Of a DNA stretch of 64,000 bases, positions 46,001 through 60,800 are shown piece by piece. The position numbers and the translations under genes were made by a program. The stretch's first letter is position 1; every line of letters starts with the position of its first letter. Source of the DNA: Tubiluchus corallicola (Eukaryota; Animalia; Priapulida); contig JAQGDQ010001007.1 in assembly GCA_030141605.1 (NCBI GenBank), positions 6,986-70,985 on the forward strand, written 5' to 3'. The notes beneath the pieces were generated by a model that searched no databases, had not been told where the DNA came from, and worked only from the letters and a program-made list of their open reading frames with translations.

Positions 46001-49000
46001 ATAAATAAACAATGGCAATAATGATAACCACCACCACCACCACGACTATGAACACGACGATGATGGTTATGATGACAGTAACCGTGATGATAATAATCTT
46101 ATTGTGATGCTGTTACTACAACAAATGTAATTAGGAAAATCAGAATGATTACAACGATGATGCTTATGATGATGTTATTACCTTTTTATAAAGGCTATGA
46201 ATGTCAGAATTGGCTTCGCACGGTCGAACTTTACACAGCCTCACAAATGACGTCATTCGGCAATCAGGATTTTGATTACTGACACGAACAGACAATCCGA
46301 TACCGCAAGTGGTGGAACAAGGCGTCCAGTCGCGAACATAAACTGCACACGTTTCATTCTTTTCTGCAAAATAAACAGATCATGAGTTGCCATTTTGTAA
46401 TAACTCGCAATAAACAATCTAACAACGAGAAATGCGACCTGATTCGTTAACATCTATAACATGTCACGGTTTGTTAACACAGATGACAGAATGAAAGTTA
46501 TAGATAGAAAGACAGATAGATAAACAGGCAGACAAACAGACAGACTGACAAACAGATAGATAGATATTTATTCTGATGTAAGACCAACAGAGCCGATTAT
46601 AGCAAAATTGCCAAAGTTATTGATTTCCAGACATTAATTTCAGTTAACAATTTTGAATAGTAATTACATTACCATCAAAATAACGCAGCTACCATCGTGC
46701 GACAATGTTATTATAACAAGAAACATGCTTGGGTCTGGATGAATGTTAAATATCCCCACACTCTCCTAAAACCCTTTATACTTACATTACAACCAATGTA
46801 CAAAATTCAGACATTTTATAAAGTTCCTAGGCATTTCATATAACACCTCTGAATTTCGAGAAAGTGTGTAACCGGCAATTTTTTACTGTGGCACTTTCAC
46901 ACGTTATCTAGACGTTTTGTATAATAGCTACGATCTATACAGAATGCGTAAAGTGAAATTGCCAAAGTTTACAATGAACATAATTCGTGTTGAAAATAAC
47001 TTTTGCTAGATATTTTATACATTGTAGACTGAGCGAATAAAACCAATTTTTTGAGCCTTCGGCTCCCTGACTACTAATATGGTTTTAGTATGACCCTATA
47101 AATTATGCTACTCATGCTGGGATTAATAAATGATGGGTGTTTCTGATATGACGTGGATCTTTGTTAATTTAATTTAAGTTAATTTAAACTTTGTAACGCG
47201 AAACTATTGTGCGTTATTGTCTACTGCGCGCCTGATTATGATACCCGGTACATAATGCAACAGTTCAGCAGCCGTCGCAAAAGCCACCTAGGGGTGGACG
47301 AACGCCGGTTTTGTTAACAGTTAATCGTTTAGTGGCCGATTTCTACATGGCCGGTTATATGAAATCCATAATATGAATATGCTCTGCAAATGCACTCCAA
47401 AAAAGTATGAAGCACCAAATTGGTACAGTTCATGAGGCTTTTGGGAAACTTACGAAGCGAGTTTTAACAACAAATATCTAAACCCAAAAATGAAACTCAT
47501 GATCAAGCTGTTGTCATCTCAACCTTCTTCTGGGCGGCGAAACTAACGAAACTTGGACTCTCTATAATTGCGACATCAAAAAGTTCCAACCTTTCCGTCA
47601 CCAAAAACTTCGCTTTATCCTGAACATCAAAATGACTTTTTGACTGGTATGTCACCAACATCATCTTCTTCGAGTAAGCAGACAGCTATGTTAGTGAAAT
47701 CATTAGCTGTATTGATCCGACCCAAAGATGGTCTACATCTCTGCACTAAACGTGTTTTGATATTTCTTTCCAAATCCCCCAAATCAGCAGGATTTAAATC
47801 AAGCATAACGACTTGGGTGCGCAATGTAAAAACAAAGGGTTTTCTAAATGTGTTTTGTAACGAAAGAGTTTGTTCTCGTAGGACTTAGTACGTAGTGACT
47901 GTCAATCAAAAAGGGTTTAAACCTTTTAACGAAAAAAGGTTTATTGCGGTATACATGGGTGCTAGATTTCTCGACTTATTACAGATCCTCTCCTCCTAGA
48001 AGAATTGATTAACTTAATTAACAGTGCCTGTTAATTAACACGCACTGTTTGCTCGCTTACGCTAGTCGATTTATCGCGAATTTATCGATATTTTATTAGT
48101 GTAATGCATTTTATTACATTCATTAGGTGTTGTTTATACACATCATTGTCAAAAAAAATTGGAGCTGTGAATTCGTGTCGCAAAAGGTCTTTCATTTTGC
48201 GAACGTAATGACTAGCGAACTCCGTACAGGATGTTCCTCTGTAACTGTTGTGATAAAACCCAGCTTTTTTTCTAAAATAATAATCAATTTAACCTTCGCT
48301 GCACTAAGCTGTTGCTGATTTACTGTACATTATATGTTCACAAAAGGGAAATAAGATTTGGATCCATTTTGACGGTTCAACTTAATTCGCCAGAAATTTG
48401 CAGCGCTTAACATAGTAAGCGAGTTCAATTACGGGGTTGCAAAGACTCTTTACCGACAGAAGAAATGATGCGCATTACAGTTACTACAGTAAATGTCGTG
48501 AAACGTACCAACGCACTGTTCTTACTGGAGTTGACAAATTCAATATTTACGGAGAAGACGTGTTTATAACCCTTATAAATATAACATGCAAAAAAAGGAA
48601 AAAGCAAACGAAGAACATAGAGGAAATACAAAGAGAAAAAGAGACTGAGAGATAAACCCAGATCCAAGTAATACTTTCTGGTCATAACTTTCAATTGTTT
48701 TCTTGTTTGCAAGTAAATAAGAACAACGTACAGTCATATACAGTCAATTTATAAAACTAAATTGTTTCACATTATTCTCATTTGCTAGTCTAAAATTTGC
48801 AATAATTGAAGTGATCGGAAAAATTGTTTTTGTTTTCATTCAATAAAGAACTGAAACAGTAATATTTAACTAAATAATTATAAATGTGCCTAAATAATAG
48901 GCCCATATATTACATATTATAACCCTACAGGCTAAGAAATCTGCGTTTTCGTCCGGAAGAAAGCTGTCAACTTGTCCGTGAGTTAGCTTTGCTTTCTATG

Positions 49001-50934
49001 TGGATGCGGAAGCACATAATATAACATGCTTTTAACTACATAATTACACGCAAATCGTCTTGATATTTTCTGACAAAAACGAAGAGAAGACTGTGACGTT
49101 GGATGACTGCCAAATGAGTGAAAAGTTCACTCATTTGGCAAACAAGCAAAACAACGACAAAATATACAACATAAAACAACGACAAAAGAAGGAAAAGAAG
49201 AAGCAGAAGAAAGAGAAGAAGACGACGACGACGATGATGATGAAAGTGACGACAATCAAGTTTAAATGATAGCGGGAGGATTACGCTAATAATTATCACG
49301 ATTATTGTGATGATGAAAATGACAATGATAAAGAAATAAAAAAGACAAGAAAAATGAGCAAGAACAAGAACAAAGCTTTGTCATTTCAATCAACCTGCTT
49401 CTCATTTCTGTCATTCGTTCATAACGTTTACTTACAGCTGATTCGGCATTTCAACCAAAAACTCAAAGATATTATTTCCTCAAAGAAAGAGTGAACTGTC
49501 ACTCTTATACGACCTCTTTTCTTCCCGATCAATTATCGTCTCTTTTCATCGACTCTATTATTAGCACTTCGTTCACTCGGCTAAGACTGAGAAACTATCA
49601 CCGTTCTTTTATCGCAGAAATGAGAGTGGTTAAGAAAGAAGTGACTGGCATGCCAATTGATTTGGTAATTAAAAGCATTTACAGCAAGATTTGCAATGAA
49701 AGCCTCAAACAGTAAACGGAAAAATGATGGTTTCTTGGGTTACTCGCTTGCTCAGTAAAGAGATCTCTATAAAGAGATCTATTTCGCCGTGATGTTGGCC
49801 TTGTTCTCGTTGTTGTTGACGTAATAAGTTTTTAACCGATTTTTATACTGTGACGTCACAATAGCCCTCCATATTCTAAATTTTTGGGGATAATGGATTC
49901 CGTGCAGGGGTAAATGGAGTTCTATTGAAGGAAGGTAAATGGGTAAATTGAAGGAAGACAGGATGATTTTTCATATGCTATCCCATTTTCAAGTACGGTA
50001 AAAAAAGCATACATTTTAACACAATTAATACTGAAAAAGCGGTTTTGATAGTTAAATAATAGATTAAAATCTCGGTTAGCGGCGGGCGAGCCCAACTATT
50101 GATGACATCACAAACGAATATAATTTTTAACAGCAAAAATATTCCTCGAGCGTGTTGCACGTGTTTGTGAAATTGAAGTACGGTGCAACTATAACATATT
50201 CATGGTGTTGTAATAAAACTGAGAGGTACAGACTGTTTTTTGTGCAACGCGTTTTCGAGACGCAGGCGCTAGTGCTCGTCTAACTAGAGACTGGCGAAAT
50301 GCATGTAACTAGTTTCGCGAACACGAAATTGCGTTTCTGCGGCAATAATTCTTGAAAATTCTGGAAAAACAGTATGTCTCCTTTTAACATTTTAAAGAGT
50401 AGGTTATTTTGACTTACACTTTAAGATTGGGTCCAGTTTTGCTTTAAAAGAATTGACGGAAGCCGTGTGAGTAATATCCATGTTTACAAATGTAATTTTG
50501 TACATCTTATATGTAAACAAAATGTACATGCGTGAGTACGTACGTGTACGCATGCGTCTGTGCGAGTAACCCAGTGCTTCGTAATCCTTTTATTTCTGCT
50601 TGATTCCTACTGGTAGAACTGAATTACAAACGTTTTAATTTTTATAATTTCTAGTTTGTTGCAGATAATCTAATTATATCTCTTTTGTTCTGGCATGATC
50701 TTACGCTGCCATCAAGGACGGCCAGTAATAGGATTAAGCGCAGATATTAAATATATGCTAATTTTTCAAATATTATCTATTTAATTAATTTTTCATAAAA
50801 TTAATATTGCTGAATTAATTACATACAAGTTAGAAAAACACTGTTATAAATTACCTAATGTTAGTAACTGAATCGCTATGTTAAGCAAGAACCGCAAATA
50901 TGTAAGCACATCCGCGCTGCCATAAGCACTGGTA

Positions 50935-51464
50935 TGTTACTGGATCGATTACATGGCTCCAGCTTATATAGGCATCCCGCAATGCTGCTGACCAATGGCT
51001 AGTCAATGCTGATGACGGATGACGTTACAGTGATTGATAGATAACGGTCACTGTGGGCAGTTGGCGTCATGACTGCCAGTTAACGGTAACTGTAATGCAA
51101 GCAGCCAATCAGTGTTAAGTTAACTGTTGTCAAATAAGTGTTCTAAGAATAGTTGCTGACCATTGACTAGCAAGTCAGCAGAAGACAATATTAAGAATAG
51201 AATTGATGTTAGATGTAAAAATAGAGTTTCTAATAATAGCACAGAAAAGCGTGTATAAGCAGTGTCAGAACGCTGTAGAGATACTCATCATTCGGTTTTA
51301 TGACTTGTGCTTTACTCATGTGTATTTGCTCTCGCTTTAGTTGTCACTCCTTTATGTTAATATTATGAATGTTTTGTACTTCAATAAACTATACGATTAC
51401 ACTTTCTCTACGAGTTCACCGTTTCTACACTTTAAGGTAAAGATTACAAAAGATCACAATAACG
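50935..51464 (+). mobile_element. Probable solo LTR
   Basis: Inverted ends tgttactggatc and gatcacaataac(g). TATA-like gtataag (~51253) is followed by AATAAA (~51383), the usual U3-R-U5 layout. TSD unclear. Confidence 0.45.
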
Positions 51465-52247
51465 GAACAGAGAATTGAACGTTATTATTAGACCATAACT
51501 ACTCTGGGTGACAATAAAGGTGTTTTAATATGCTAATTTCACGCAAAGGAGTGCTGTACTGAAGAGAAAACCTCGGTAAATCGCGCAGTGGGCATAACTA
51601 CAGGCAAAAGGTTGTTCTAATAAGGAGATAACCGTGTACAAGCTGCATAATATTGGTAGTCAAAATATGGTAATGATATGTTAGTCAAATTTGTTATTTG
51701 AATGCGGCTTAGTTGGCTCAGACAAAAGGAAAGCTTTAGTATATAAAATACCAATATTCGATATAAATCAAATTATTTGCTTTCATGATGCGGAAGTTTT
51801 TAAACTATTATTAACTTATTAAAATATGAATTTTTAGTTAGTCTTACGTAAAATATTGCACATTAATTACATAGGCTTAACTCTCAAGCTGTCTAGAAAA
51901 TCCAATAATCATCCATTTGCGCGTACATTATAATTTTATTTTTTCAATGTGGTATACTGCGACATGTCCTGTAAGCGTGACAGTTTCTAAAATTCATTTA
52001 TTGAAAACTGCAGGGCCTAAATCGTTGTATACATATGACATTGTGAATTTAATTTATTCGTGTATAGATAGCTGCCGTTTGAAAGTAGTAATGGCTAACT
52101 AACTTTATCCTACAAATAGAGGGCTGCGCCTACATACATTACATTATAATCTGCATTTGATATCTAAATAAATAAACTGTCGATGCACTTAAACCATAAA
52201 ATTCAAGTTGTAGTTATACTTTAAATTTCTCTTCAAAGTATATAACA

Positions 52248-53430
52248 TTACAGTGTTATACTCTTGGCAACACTGCTGTGTTGACTAAGGGCTGAAAGCG
52301 TTTTGGTGATTACTGCTTGACAACACATTACGTAACTCATTGTTAAAAAAACTGGTAGAAGTAACCAAATCAACACAAGATTTATGAAGCAAACATGCGA
52401 GAGACAAAACTGACAGCCAGAAACCCAGTAACTATGAGCCATATACTAAAGGTAAATATTTTAAATATAGAAGTAACAGGTAGATACAACCGGATCAGTA
52501 GATGGCAATCACGATCATGATTCATTATATACTGCTCCTACTTGGTAAGTATTGTTGTTTAAGACGTATACACACGAAATGGAATAGGTTATGCGAACGA
52601 CAGTAAATGTGAATCATGTGGCGACGGAATCCGGAAAAACAACCTGTGAGGTAAGACAGCCACGAAACGAATGAGATAAACATGGAGAAGACGAAAATGT
52701 AGTGAACTGGACAGGGTAGGAAGTGACATTGCATCCATGGATACCAGATTTGCCATTTGTGTTTGTAATGGCCGCAAGTGTTGCAACAAAATTGGGAACC
52801 TAAATCCAGTAAATTGGGAATAGAATTTAGTAATGGCCGCGAGGAAATGCGACTTATACTTAGTAATAACTTAGCAGGAACAGACTTACTTTCAACGTTT
52901 GTTAACATCATCTCTTGTGTTGTCGTTCCACACACCCATTCTTTGCAGCATGCGCCCTCTACACTCACCAGTCGAAGATTCCCACAACTGCTACTTGATG
53001 GCTTCTGAAATATAATTAACAGATTGAGCTGTTCAGTTCCCATCTCTATAAAGCTTAGCAAATTTAATTTTGCTAATAATCCATCGCTTTTGCGAGTTAT
53101 TCTTGTTATTCTTAATTAAGTGCCACGTACCTTTTCAGCAAATTTGCTCCCTATAATAGCCAAATGACAATTTTAGTAGTTAATTTCTTCTTGTTAACCA
53201 CAAAGAGCTGGGGCGAAAATATGCAAACTGGACCAGACTGCGCTAATTTAAAACTGCATGGCTCGTCCAGTCCATTCCAGTCCAGTCACCTTCAACACTT
53301 CGTGAAAGACCGCACAACATTGCGAATGCTGAGGTGGTGGTGCTCTCAGGCTACAGATGCTGACAAGTTGACAAACACCGAGCCTGAGTATGTGGGCACC
53401 GAGAAACGTCCAGTACGTAGCACCACTTTT
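52248..53430 (-). pseudogene. Degenerate Cys-rich VWC-repeat gene fragment with one intact exon (53004-52890)
   Basis: TTTCAG|KPSSSSCGNLRLVSVEGACCKEWVCGTTTQEMMLTNVE|GTAAGT is a VWC C-terminal motif. Frameshifted VWC-like pieces lie nearby (SCVYVLNNNTYQVGAVYNES, YWVSGCQFC, CSLRAPPPQHSQCC). Confidence 0.5.
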
Positions 53431-53669
53431 TAAGATTACTTCGTGCCCTTCGTTATAATGTATTTATTAACGGCTCGGACAAGTCTACAATATATTAAGC
53501 CTCACACTTAACTTAAACAGTTATATTAATTTATTCCAAAATAAAAATAAGTCATTTTAAAATACCTACTTAAATAGAGTCTGTATAATGTGTACGATAA
53601 ACTCAATACACATTTGCAGTACATAGTAATAATTTATCGTTTATACTTCATTAGCACTTTTTGATGTCC

Positions 53670-55629
53670 AAACTGCACCTTTTCACATAGCTTACGCCTT
53701 CGACGATGCAGATGACATCTATTGGGTGCATGAATGTGTACTTAACGGATATTATAAATGAACACGCGCCTAAAAAGTCATAAACCTATAAAGAAAACCC
53801 CTTATATAAATTCGGAATTAATATATTATAAGAAAAAGATGGATTTTAATAAATTTAAAAAACGTAAAAATGCTTATAACACGGATGATTACTGCAAGCA
53901 GCGAAACTATTTTACTAAACTAAGAAAGAAATCCATAAAACAATACTTCTCTGATCGATGTGATAGTGGACAAACCTCAAAAGATTTCTGGCCCACTATC
54001 AAGCCTTTTTGTCAACCAAATCAAAGCTCAGTGACGATTTTATCACTTTGCAAGAAAATGTCATCATTGTTACTGAGCAAAATAAGGTCTGCAACATTCT
54101 AAACGATTATTTCCTAAATGTTACTAAATCGCTTGAAAATGGTCTAGATATTGAATGGTCTTGCTCAAATATTCCCAGTGTAAATGCGAATTTTAACTTT
54201 AGTAGCCTTGTTAGTGAAAAAGAAATATCGCTAATTATTAGATCTTGATCAAAAAGAAAAGGGACTGGAGTTGATGGTATACCAACTAAGTTATTAAAAG
54301 TAACTGATCAAGCCTTGGCAAACCCATTCGCTAATTTGGTAAACTCAATGCTCACAAAGAGTTACATTCCTAACAAGCACAAGCAGGCGAGACTAAAACC
54401 ACTGCATAAGAAAAATTGTCCTCTCGACAAAAATAATTACAGGCCTGTCAGCACTTTGCCAGCTATTTCGAAAGTTTTTGAGCGAGTATTAAATGACCAA
54501 TTAGCATAATATTTCAATGACATTTTTCACGCCTTTTTTTGGTGCTTTCAGAAAAAACACAACTATCAAACAAAACTGTCAAACTTAGTTGAATTTTGTA
54601 AAAAGGCTTTAGATGAATAGAAATTTTGTGCTTCAGTACTAATGGACTGAACAAAAGCTTTTGACTGTGTACCATGCTCATTACTGTTACATAAATTGAA
54701 AATTTATGGAGTCTCACATAAAGCTCTTAGCTTAATTGGTAGTTACTTGTGTGACCGATCTCAGTGTGTTAAACTAAGTTCAGTCTCTAGTGAATGGGGA
54801 CATACAAACAAAGGTGTCCCACAGGGATCTATATCGAGTTTTTATTATTTAATGTCTTTGTGCTGATGATAACACATTGTCTTGTATATCCGAAAATTTC
54901 GTACATTGTATATTGAAAACCTTGTACACAATTTTAGTGAAAACTGTTCAAGATTATTAAATTGGTTCACTTGCAATGATATTGAAGCAAATCCCAGTAA
55001 ATTCCAGGCAATTGGTTTTGGTGTAAAGACACTTTATAAACTGAAGTCATTAAGTGTTCAAAATATGAAAATTGACTCTACAGATTCAGTCAAAATTCTA
55101 GGTGTTAACATTCATTTTAATTACAGTTTTAATAAACACATTTCAAACTTTTGCAGGTTTTTTTAAAACGACTGTCAACTTTACTAAATGTAAACTGTAA
55201 AATGGCTACTTTCCACGCTGTCATATCTTCTAATTTCAACTATTGTCCATTTATTTGGCATTTTTGCGGGATAGCGAAAACACAAAAATTGGAAAAATTA
55301 CAAGAACGTGCCTCACGTTTTGTCTTTAATGATTACTTTAGTGATTATGACACACTGCTGAAAAAAAGCTAACATTAGAGGTGTTTAAAATTCTACATAA
55401 ACTCTGTCCAGAAATCTTATATACCGTGGTTAATCTGAGAGAAGATGACATTTTAAATGTTCCCAGAGTACGCAGAGTACGCATGGAAAAAAGTTTACGA
55501 TATTCAGCTTCTAAAATTTGGAATGAATTGCCAAATAATTTGCGCATAGTCACTAGCTATAGTGATTTCTTGTGGCAAACTAACAAGTGGAGCGGTGACA
55601 TATGTAGATGCTCAGCTTGCGCTACCTAA
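53670..55629 (+). mobile_element. Decayed, 5'-truncated non-LTR retrotransposon (CR1/L2-group LINE) reverse transcriptase
   Basis: RT motifs spread over frameshifts and stops: KDFWPTIKPF, GVDGIP, NYRPVSTLPAISKVFER, KAFDCV, GVPQGS, ADD, NPSKFQAI, SNFNYCPFIWHFC, KLEKLQERA, KIWNELP, and terminal CRCSAC. A T-rich 3' UTR follows to ~55990. Confidence 0.9.
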
Positions 55630-57595
55630 TTTGTGTTAATTATTTTTAAGTACTCTGTATCTTCATTTTTTAGTGAATTACTTTTAGTGTTTTCTGATCA
55701 TTTTCTCTCAGTATAATCTTTTCATATTTTCAGAATTAAGTGATGCTCACCTTTTTAAATATTTCTATTATTCATTTTTCGAGACGGTCTTGTTTTTATC
55801 CTTGCTTGTATGATTTTATTTTTGTATTTTGCTTTTTCAGCACCCTATTTTGTTTTTTCATCTTTTGATTTTATTTCCAATATGAGTAACATTGTGCGTC
55901 AGTTTTTAATAAAATTTTAGCATAGTGCGTTTTAGCCGGTATCAATAGCTTATTTGGCTAATGTTCTTCCAATGTACACCCGACTTTTACAGCAGGGTAA
56001 AGTGAGGGTAAAATGTTTGTGAGGTATAGCAATTTTTCAAAATCCATCAATAAAGAAGTTTTCCATTTCAAAGATGCTTGCACGTGTTGACAGACATAAT
56101 CGAGTGTTTTCTGTTGATTATCGTGGGTTAAAACGATGTTGCACTAAAGCAGCACCCCAGAGATTTGCATGTGTTTTTCCGCCAATAACACTGAAACTCC
56201 ATTCATTTTAAAACACGCCAATATAATGGTTTTCAAAAATGGTTTTTACGCGTGCTTAAGGAATTAGTCGCGATTCATGTGTATCACTCGTAAATGTGAA
56301 CCACAAAGTGCACTTAAACTCTGCACACGTAAGCGATTTAGCTATAATTCACGTACCGCACTTGCGAGCAAAGTTATGAACGCAAGTTTCGTGCATTTAA
56401 GTTCCGCATGCGTAAGCAATTTATATCTAACTGTACGTAAGTTACGCGTACTTACGGATGTAAGTGCGATTAACGAAACTCAAAACTGTCGTAGAAATGC
56501 GCGTAAAGTTACGAGCCGTAGGATGGTCCGGAGTACTCGTAGTTTGTTTTAGCGACGCAGTTTCATGTTATAACAGTGAAGATAACCTTCTTCCAGTCAC
56601 ATTTGGTTCTTTCCTGACTAATATTTTGCATATCGCTTCAACAATATGCATCATAATGCTTACCAGGGAAAACTTCCGTCTGTGGCCTTCTCTGAGGCTA
56701 TTGAACGTAATAGGATAAAAGTTAAATCTATTTGTACCGTGTTTGAGGTCCTCAAAGGTGTAGCGTTAAAAAATTAACTCCTAACTCATTTAATTATTGA
56801 GGCCCTCAAAATTTAAGCACAGCAAACTTCATTTTTATTCTACATAGTATTCAAATAGATTTGAAGTGCAAAATTTAGCTATTACGGTATGTAGCCTGTC
56901 GTGTTTTTCTTTTCTTAGTAAACAGGTCGTTTTTGGTGAAAATCCATCAGGGAAATAAAATTTCTTTGCCATTCCCTATTCTGTTAACACTGAGATCTCC
57001 CTTTGTGTACAAATTCTCTTTCATATTGCACATGTGAGATGTTTTTATTGATTTTTTTGCTATATAGCCATCACACATTACATAGTCAAATTCTAGATTG
57101 TTTGAAGTCAAGAGAAATAATTATGTTTCAGTAATTTATAATATGTTTACCTCTACGTTAAATATGGCCAACGTTCAATCATTGTAATGTGTTATACTAG
57201 CAATAAAATTATTTATCCTAATCAGCAATAAGACGCAAGAATAGATAAGGATAACAGGGGATTAATTTCAACGTAATTATTGCTAAATTAAGCTAAATTT
57301 TTATCACTCTTTTAATTTTAATAAAGTAGAGCTTGGAAAAGGGTTTATATAAATAAATAAATATATAAATAAATAATATAATTTATATAAATATAATAAA
57401 TAAGCGAAAATTGGAAACATATATATATATATATATATATAGTACACATTGCAAAAACCATAATTCACAAATATGAAGACAAAACTCGAAAAAATGCTTC
57501 CAATAGCTATATTATGAAGGTACCACATGTCTCAGTTTGCTCTATGTAATTATTACACGGAACCATAAAGAATGTTCTGTGGAGATTAGAAGACC

Positions 57596-57882
57596 ATGGG
57601 CGCAATTTTGTAAGTTGAAAACCCCACACGTGGTCATTACCAATTCGAAAAAACCCGAAGCCGCATACAAAAATTACGAAAGTTTTTAACGAAAACGTGC
57701 GTAGGTGAACCTATAAGGACCGTTACGTGAATCGCACCTCACACCGTACTTACGACAGAAAGTAAAACTTGCTTACGTATCCCTAAAAACAAGTACCTGA
57801 ATCTGCTGCATGAACGTGCCTAATGTTCTCCTACGTAAACTTGCGTGCGTGCGTTTCGTTTGCAAGATGCGATCCGGTCCCA
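57596..57882. mobile_element. Possible MITE remnant with cgtaag/cttacg motifs; related sequence at ~56250-56540
   Basis: CpG-rich patches with repeated acgtaag/cttacg motifs; weak inverted ends tgggg...cccca/ccca. Confidence 0.25.
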
Positions 57883-60800
57883 GAACATTGGCGCACAACA
57901 CTGACAAAAAATGACATTTGAAAAGGTTAAAACCAAATAAGGGCATAATCATTCATTATTTCTAATATGATCCAGCAATTCGTATTTGATAGGGGGGAAA
58001 ATTAGACGCAAATGCTGGATGAGGGAGGAACTGCAAGCAGTTTTACAGAACTGCAAAATTAATGTTGTAGAGGTGACAAAGTTGCTGCACTTTGGGCATC
58101 AGTCCAAATCCCTAACTATCGCTATTCAATGTACATTGAAATACCTTAATTTTTGAACAAACTTCTCGTTTATTTGGTTTTTGAGTGTTGAAATTCCTTT
58201 GGTTTCGGACGAGTTTCTTATTTATTTGTTTCTATCAGAGCTTTTATTTCGGTTAACAACTCGATTTGGAAAACGAAACTTCATCAGCTTATATATGCGC
58301 GGATAGGAATTTTTGGTATTATCAGAAATTGGATGGTTGAAGGTCAAAGGTCATCTTTCTCAAAAGTTTTCGAAGCTATCTTCTCCTAGGCCTTCATAGC
58401 ATGTTGCTGAAACTCAGGTGAGTCATAGAGGGGGGGGGGTGAGTTCTAATGCACGGTACCAAATTAATTTACTTTGGTGGAGTCTACAACATGTGACCTT
58501 TGGTAAAAAAGTCTGCAACTATTTTGTGTGATGTATTGTTTGAAAGCGTGTCATCAGACTAGTTAAACTGTGACAATTAAACAAATTTTGGACTTTAGTG
58601 GGTGATGCTGTGGGTGGGCAAGTGTGTCAGAATGTGACCTTCGACTGGGAATGTAGAATGTGTGTCTTGTAACATGTCAGGTAAATGCATGCCACAACAC
58701 AAATTGAATAATGATAGATAAATGAATTCTCGCAATTCGTGGGAGGGCTCCTGGCTGTAGAGGGAGTGAAATTGTGAACTTCAATGATGGATGTACAAAG
58801 TATGTCATTTGAAAGCTCGCAGGAAGAGGAATTGAACTGTGATGTGAGATGGGAAGGGGGTTCGGAAAGTATTAAAATGTAACCTTTTACTGGTGATGCA
58901 CTAAGTATGTTGTGTACTATATTAGATGGACGCTAATGAAAATTATTCAATTATATTAAATGACGTGACCCAAGATTAAAGATTAAGTATTGTTCATTAA
59001 AGTAATGTCAATTTAATTGTAATCAATGATGCTGATTTTTACTGCATAGCTTTTGTATGCCACCAGCTCTGTTGCTTGTACTGAAATTGTTTATGGTGTA
59101 CTAACACAAAATAAGGTTTCCAAGATATCAAATGATTATTGATATTTGTCAACTATGGCATAAACAGCATTAGGAGACGACATTTGCTGAATAATGTCAC
59201 GGCTGGTAATTACAGATCTGAAGTTAGTTTGAAGTACACTAGGTTTCTGAGAAACAATGCAACTAACTTATACATTAATTTATATCAATTAAAATGATTA
59301 CAAATTACAAACGTAATTAGGGTTTCGTAGGCACATGTTCGGTGATACATATAAAGTGACGTTTCAATAGTATCTGACGTCATAAACATTGGTACGTCAG
59401 TTTCATAGCGACGGTTTCATAGTTAGACCCAAAACATGTTGTAATGTAAGACGCCGCTGCTCAATTTTTACAAAAAATTAAGTAACAGTCTTATATTTAC
59501 AATAAGAAAGAATAAGAAGTCATTGCCATCATTGAATATATTATCAAAATTAATAAGTTATACATATCCTTTATTTCAGCGTAAGAAGACGTCATGAGAA
59601 TGAAACTGAAAGTCAACACTCGGATGGGCAGGCAACTGATATACGGGTAGGATTGATGGAACCCTCCTTAAATAAAGGTACATAGATTTAAAACAAATGA
59701 CGTTTAGTTTATCAACAAATTTATCATAACAAACATTGTAACTTTTTCCTTGCAACAGCTTACTTCTTTTAATTGTGCTTCTTTTCCCTAGAGTTTTCTT
59801 GTGAAAGTACTTTTTTATTTCAGATTTCAAAGTTTAGTTTATTAGGATGTTTTAAATTTCGTTAGTGCCGACGCAATTATGCATGCGACTATGCCATATA
59901 TACGTTTCCCCTTAGTTTCACACTTAGTTAGTAAACAGCGAATCTTCAATTCATGCGCAACAAAATAGTCCATGTTGGGGTCTTGCTTCAAAGTAATAAA
60001 CTGCCTCCAGCTATTAATTTTTTTTGCCAGGAAGATGTCATGCAATTAATAAGTTGGGACACAAAAGGTAGCTAACTGGTACGCAGACACGAGCAGGACT
60101 GGTACTGGTCCTTATTTACAGGTAGGCCTAAACCGATTTAGGAAACAAATGAAGTTTTGTCACAGCCTGAACAAACCTCTCTGAACAAAAAATCATTAGC
60201 GCAAGTAACAGCGTACTTATATTGGGATATATAGGCAAAAAACTTCCAACAATTCTGATCGGTGTTTAAATGCTACATTCTAAAACCTTTTCTTTTCCTC
60301 GGGAATCATATTTTTATCATACGTCACGTATCGAATAAAGCCATCTTAAATAAATTCGTTCAGTAGCCGTCGGTTTCTATAAACCTATTTCACGATGAAA
60401 GTTCTAGCTAAACTGAGGACAAAAGCAAAACAGGCTCTAGGCAAGTTAGTTAATACTATAACAGTATATGATTGATTAGCCACCGAAATCAACGTCGAAT
60501 CCTGACAGCTTCGAGGTGGTTTCACCTGCCATATTCCCTTTCACATAAGTTTTCTTGCTGAAGATGTACAAGTATATATCAACAACGAATGTATGTCACT
60601 TGACTAGTGCACAAATCACCAATGCTACAATTCACCAATGGAGCACTTCACCAGTGCTACAGTTTACCAGTAGTTCAGTTCGCCTGTGGTACAGCTTGCC
60701 AATGGTACATTTCGCCAGAGGTACGTTTGACCTATACACATTTCGCCAATGGTAAATTTCACTACAAAACTTTCTATGCTGAATGAATGAAAGCAAGCGC

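Noticed and set aside
47500-47890. Protein-like ORF fragments on both strands
   Set aside because: No recognisable motif or coherent splice structure; possibly an old transposon remnant, but I cannot support it.
49036-49380. Lys-rich (+) and hydrophobic (-) ORFs
   Set aside because: Low-complexity AAG/GAC/GAT simple repeats.
52505-52525. Two in-frame TGA codons where Cys is expected (NES-stop-S-stop), suggesting selenocysteine
   Set aside because: A 2-nt indel restoring ...C-DRDC explains it more simply. The region is indel-rich and I saw no SECIS element.
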